Positions 63,732-64,000 of a DNA stretch of 64,000 nt are shown in pieces (the first letter of the stretch is position 1; each line of letters starts with the position of its first letter). The notes under the pieces were generated by a model. That model did not search any database and was not told the DNA's origin. It was given only the letters and a program-made list of their open reading frames with translations. The stretch covers positions 248,001 through 312,000 of the forward strand of contig MU054026.1 in NCBI GenBank assembly GCA_013239625.1. Reading direction: 5' to 3'. Position numbers and translations under genes: made by a program. The stretch is from Lama guanicoe (Eukaryota).

Positions 63732-64000
63732 CCACCACTCCTGGGTGAAGATAAAGGCACAATCTGAATATACAATAAGAGAAAGGATATTATGCAGAAT
63801 TGATATGCTCAAACAAACACTGAGAGACAAACAGAAAATAACAATTTCACAAAACAACTAGAAAAAATTCTAAATAGTCCATCAGGTCCTGGGAAGTCTC
63901 TGTTTCTTCTTAATGCCCATAAAGAGCTTGGTATAGAACAGCACTTCTGTGCTGTTTTGTCTTGTTGTTTTGCAAACTCAGGAGCTTCTGAGTATAATCT

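Noticed and set aside
1..64000. CRISPR arrays, operons or other prokaryotic systems
   Set aside because: The sequence is clearly mammalian, with no repeat-spacer arrays or dense coding regions.

Overview
Mammalian genomic DNA, most likely camelid: it carries three tRNA-Ala(AGC)-derived SINEs resembling the camelid vic-1 family, plus several cetartiodactyl-type L1 3' ends. Positions 1 to ~44 kb look intergenic. That part is a mosaic of LINEs (L1, L2, L3/CR1), MIRs, solo LTRs (MER34-like, MER41-like, MER21-like, MLT1, MLT2) and DNA-transposon relics (MER5, MER33, MER47/Tigger5, MER8, Charlie1), with two same-orientation CTCF-type motifs. Positions ~44.5 to 64 kb appear to be the 3' end of a minus-strand protein-coding gene that I could not name. 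It shows a ~3.7 kb repeat-free 3' UTR, a terminal exon starting at 48233, a 9-nt microexon 95 nt upstream, an 8/25-nt candidate frame-switching microexon at 53.16 kb, and further candidate exons at 59.4 and 61.5 kb. Together these suggest microexon-controlled alternative C-termini. No long ORF in the supplied track is a credible intact gene. Repeat family names come from recalled consensus similarity rather than a database search, and boundaries are approximate unless a target-site duplication (TSD) is given.
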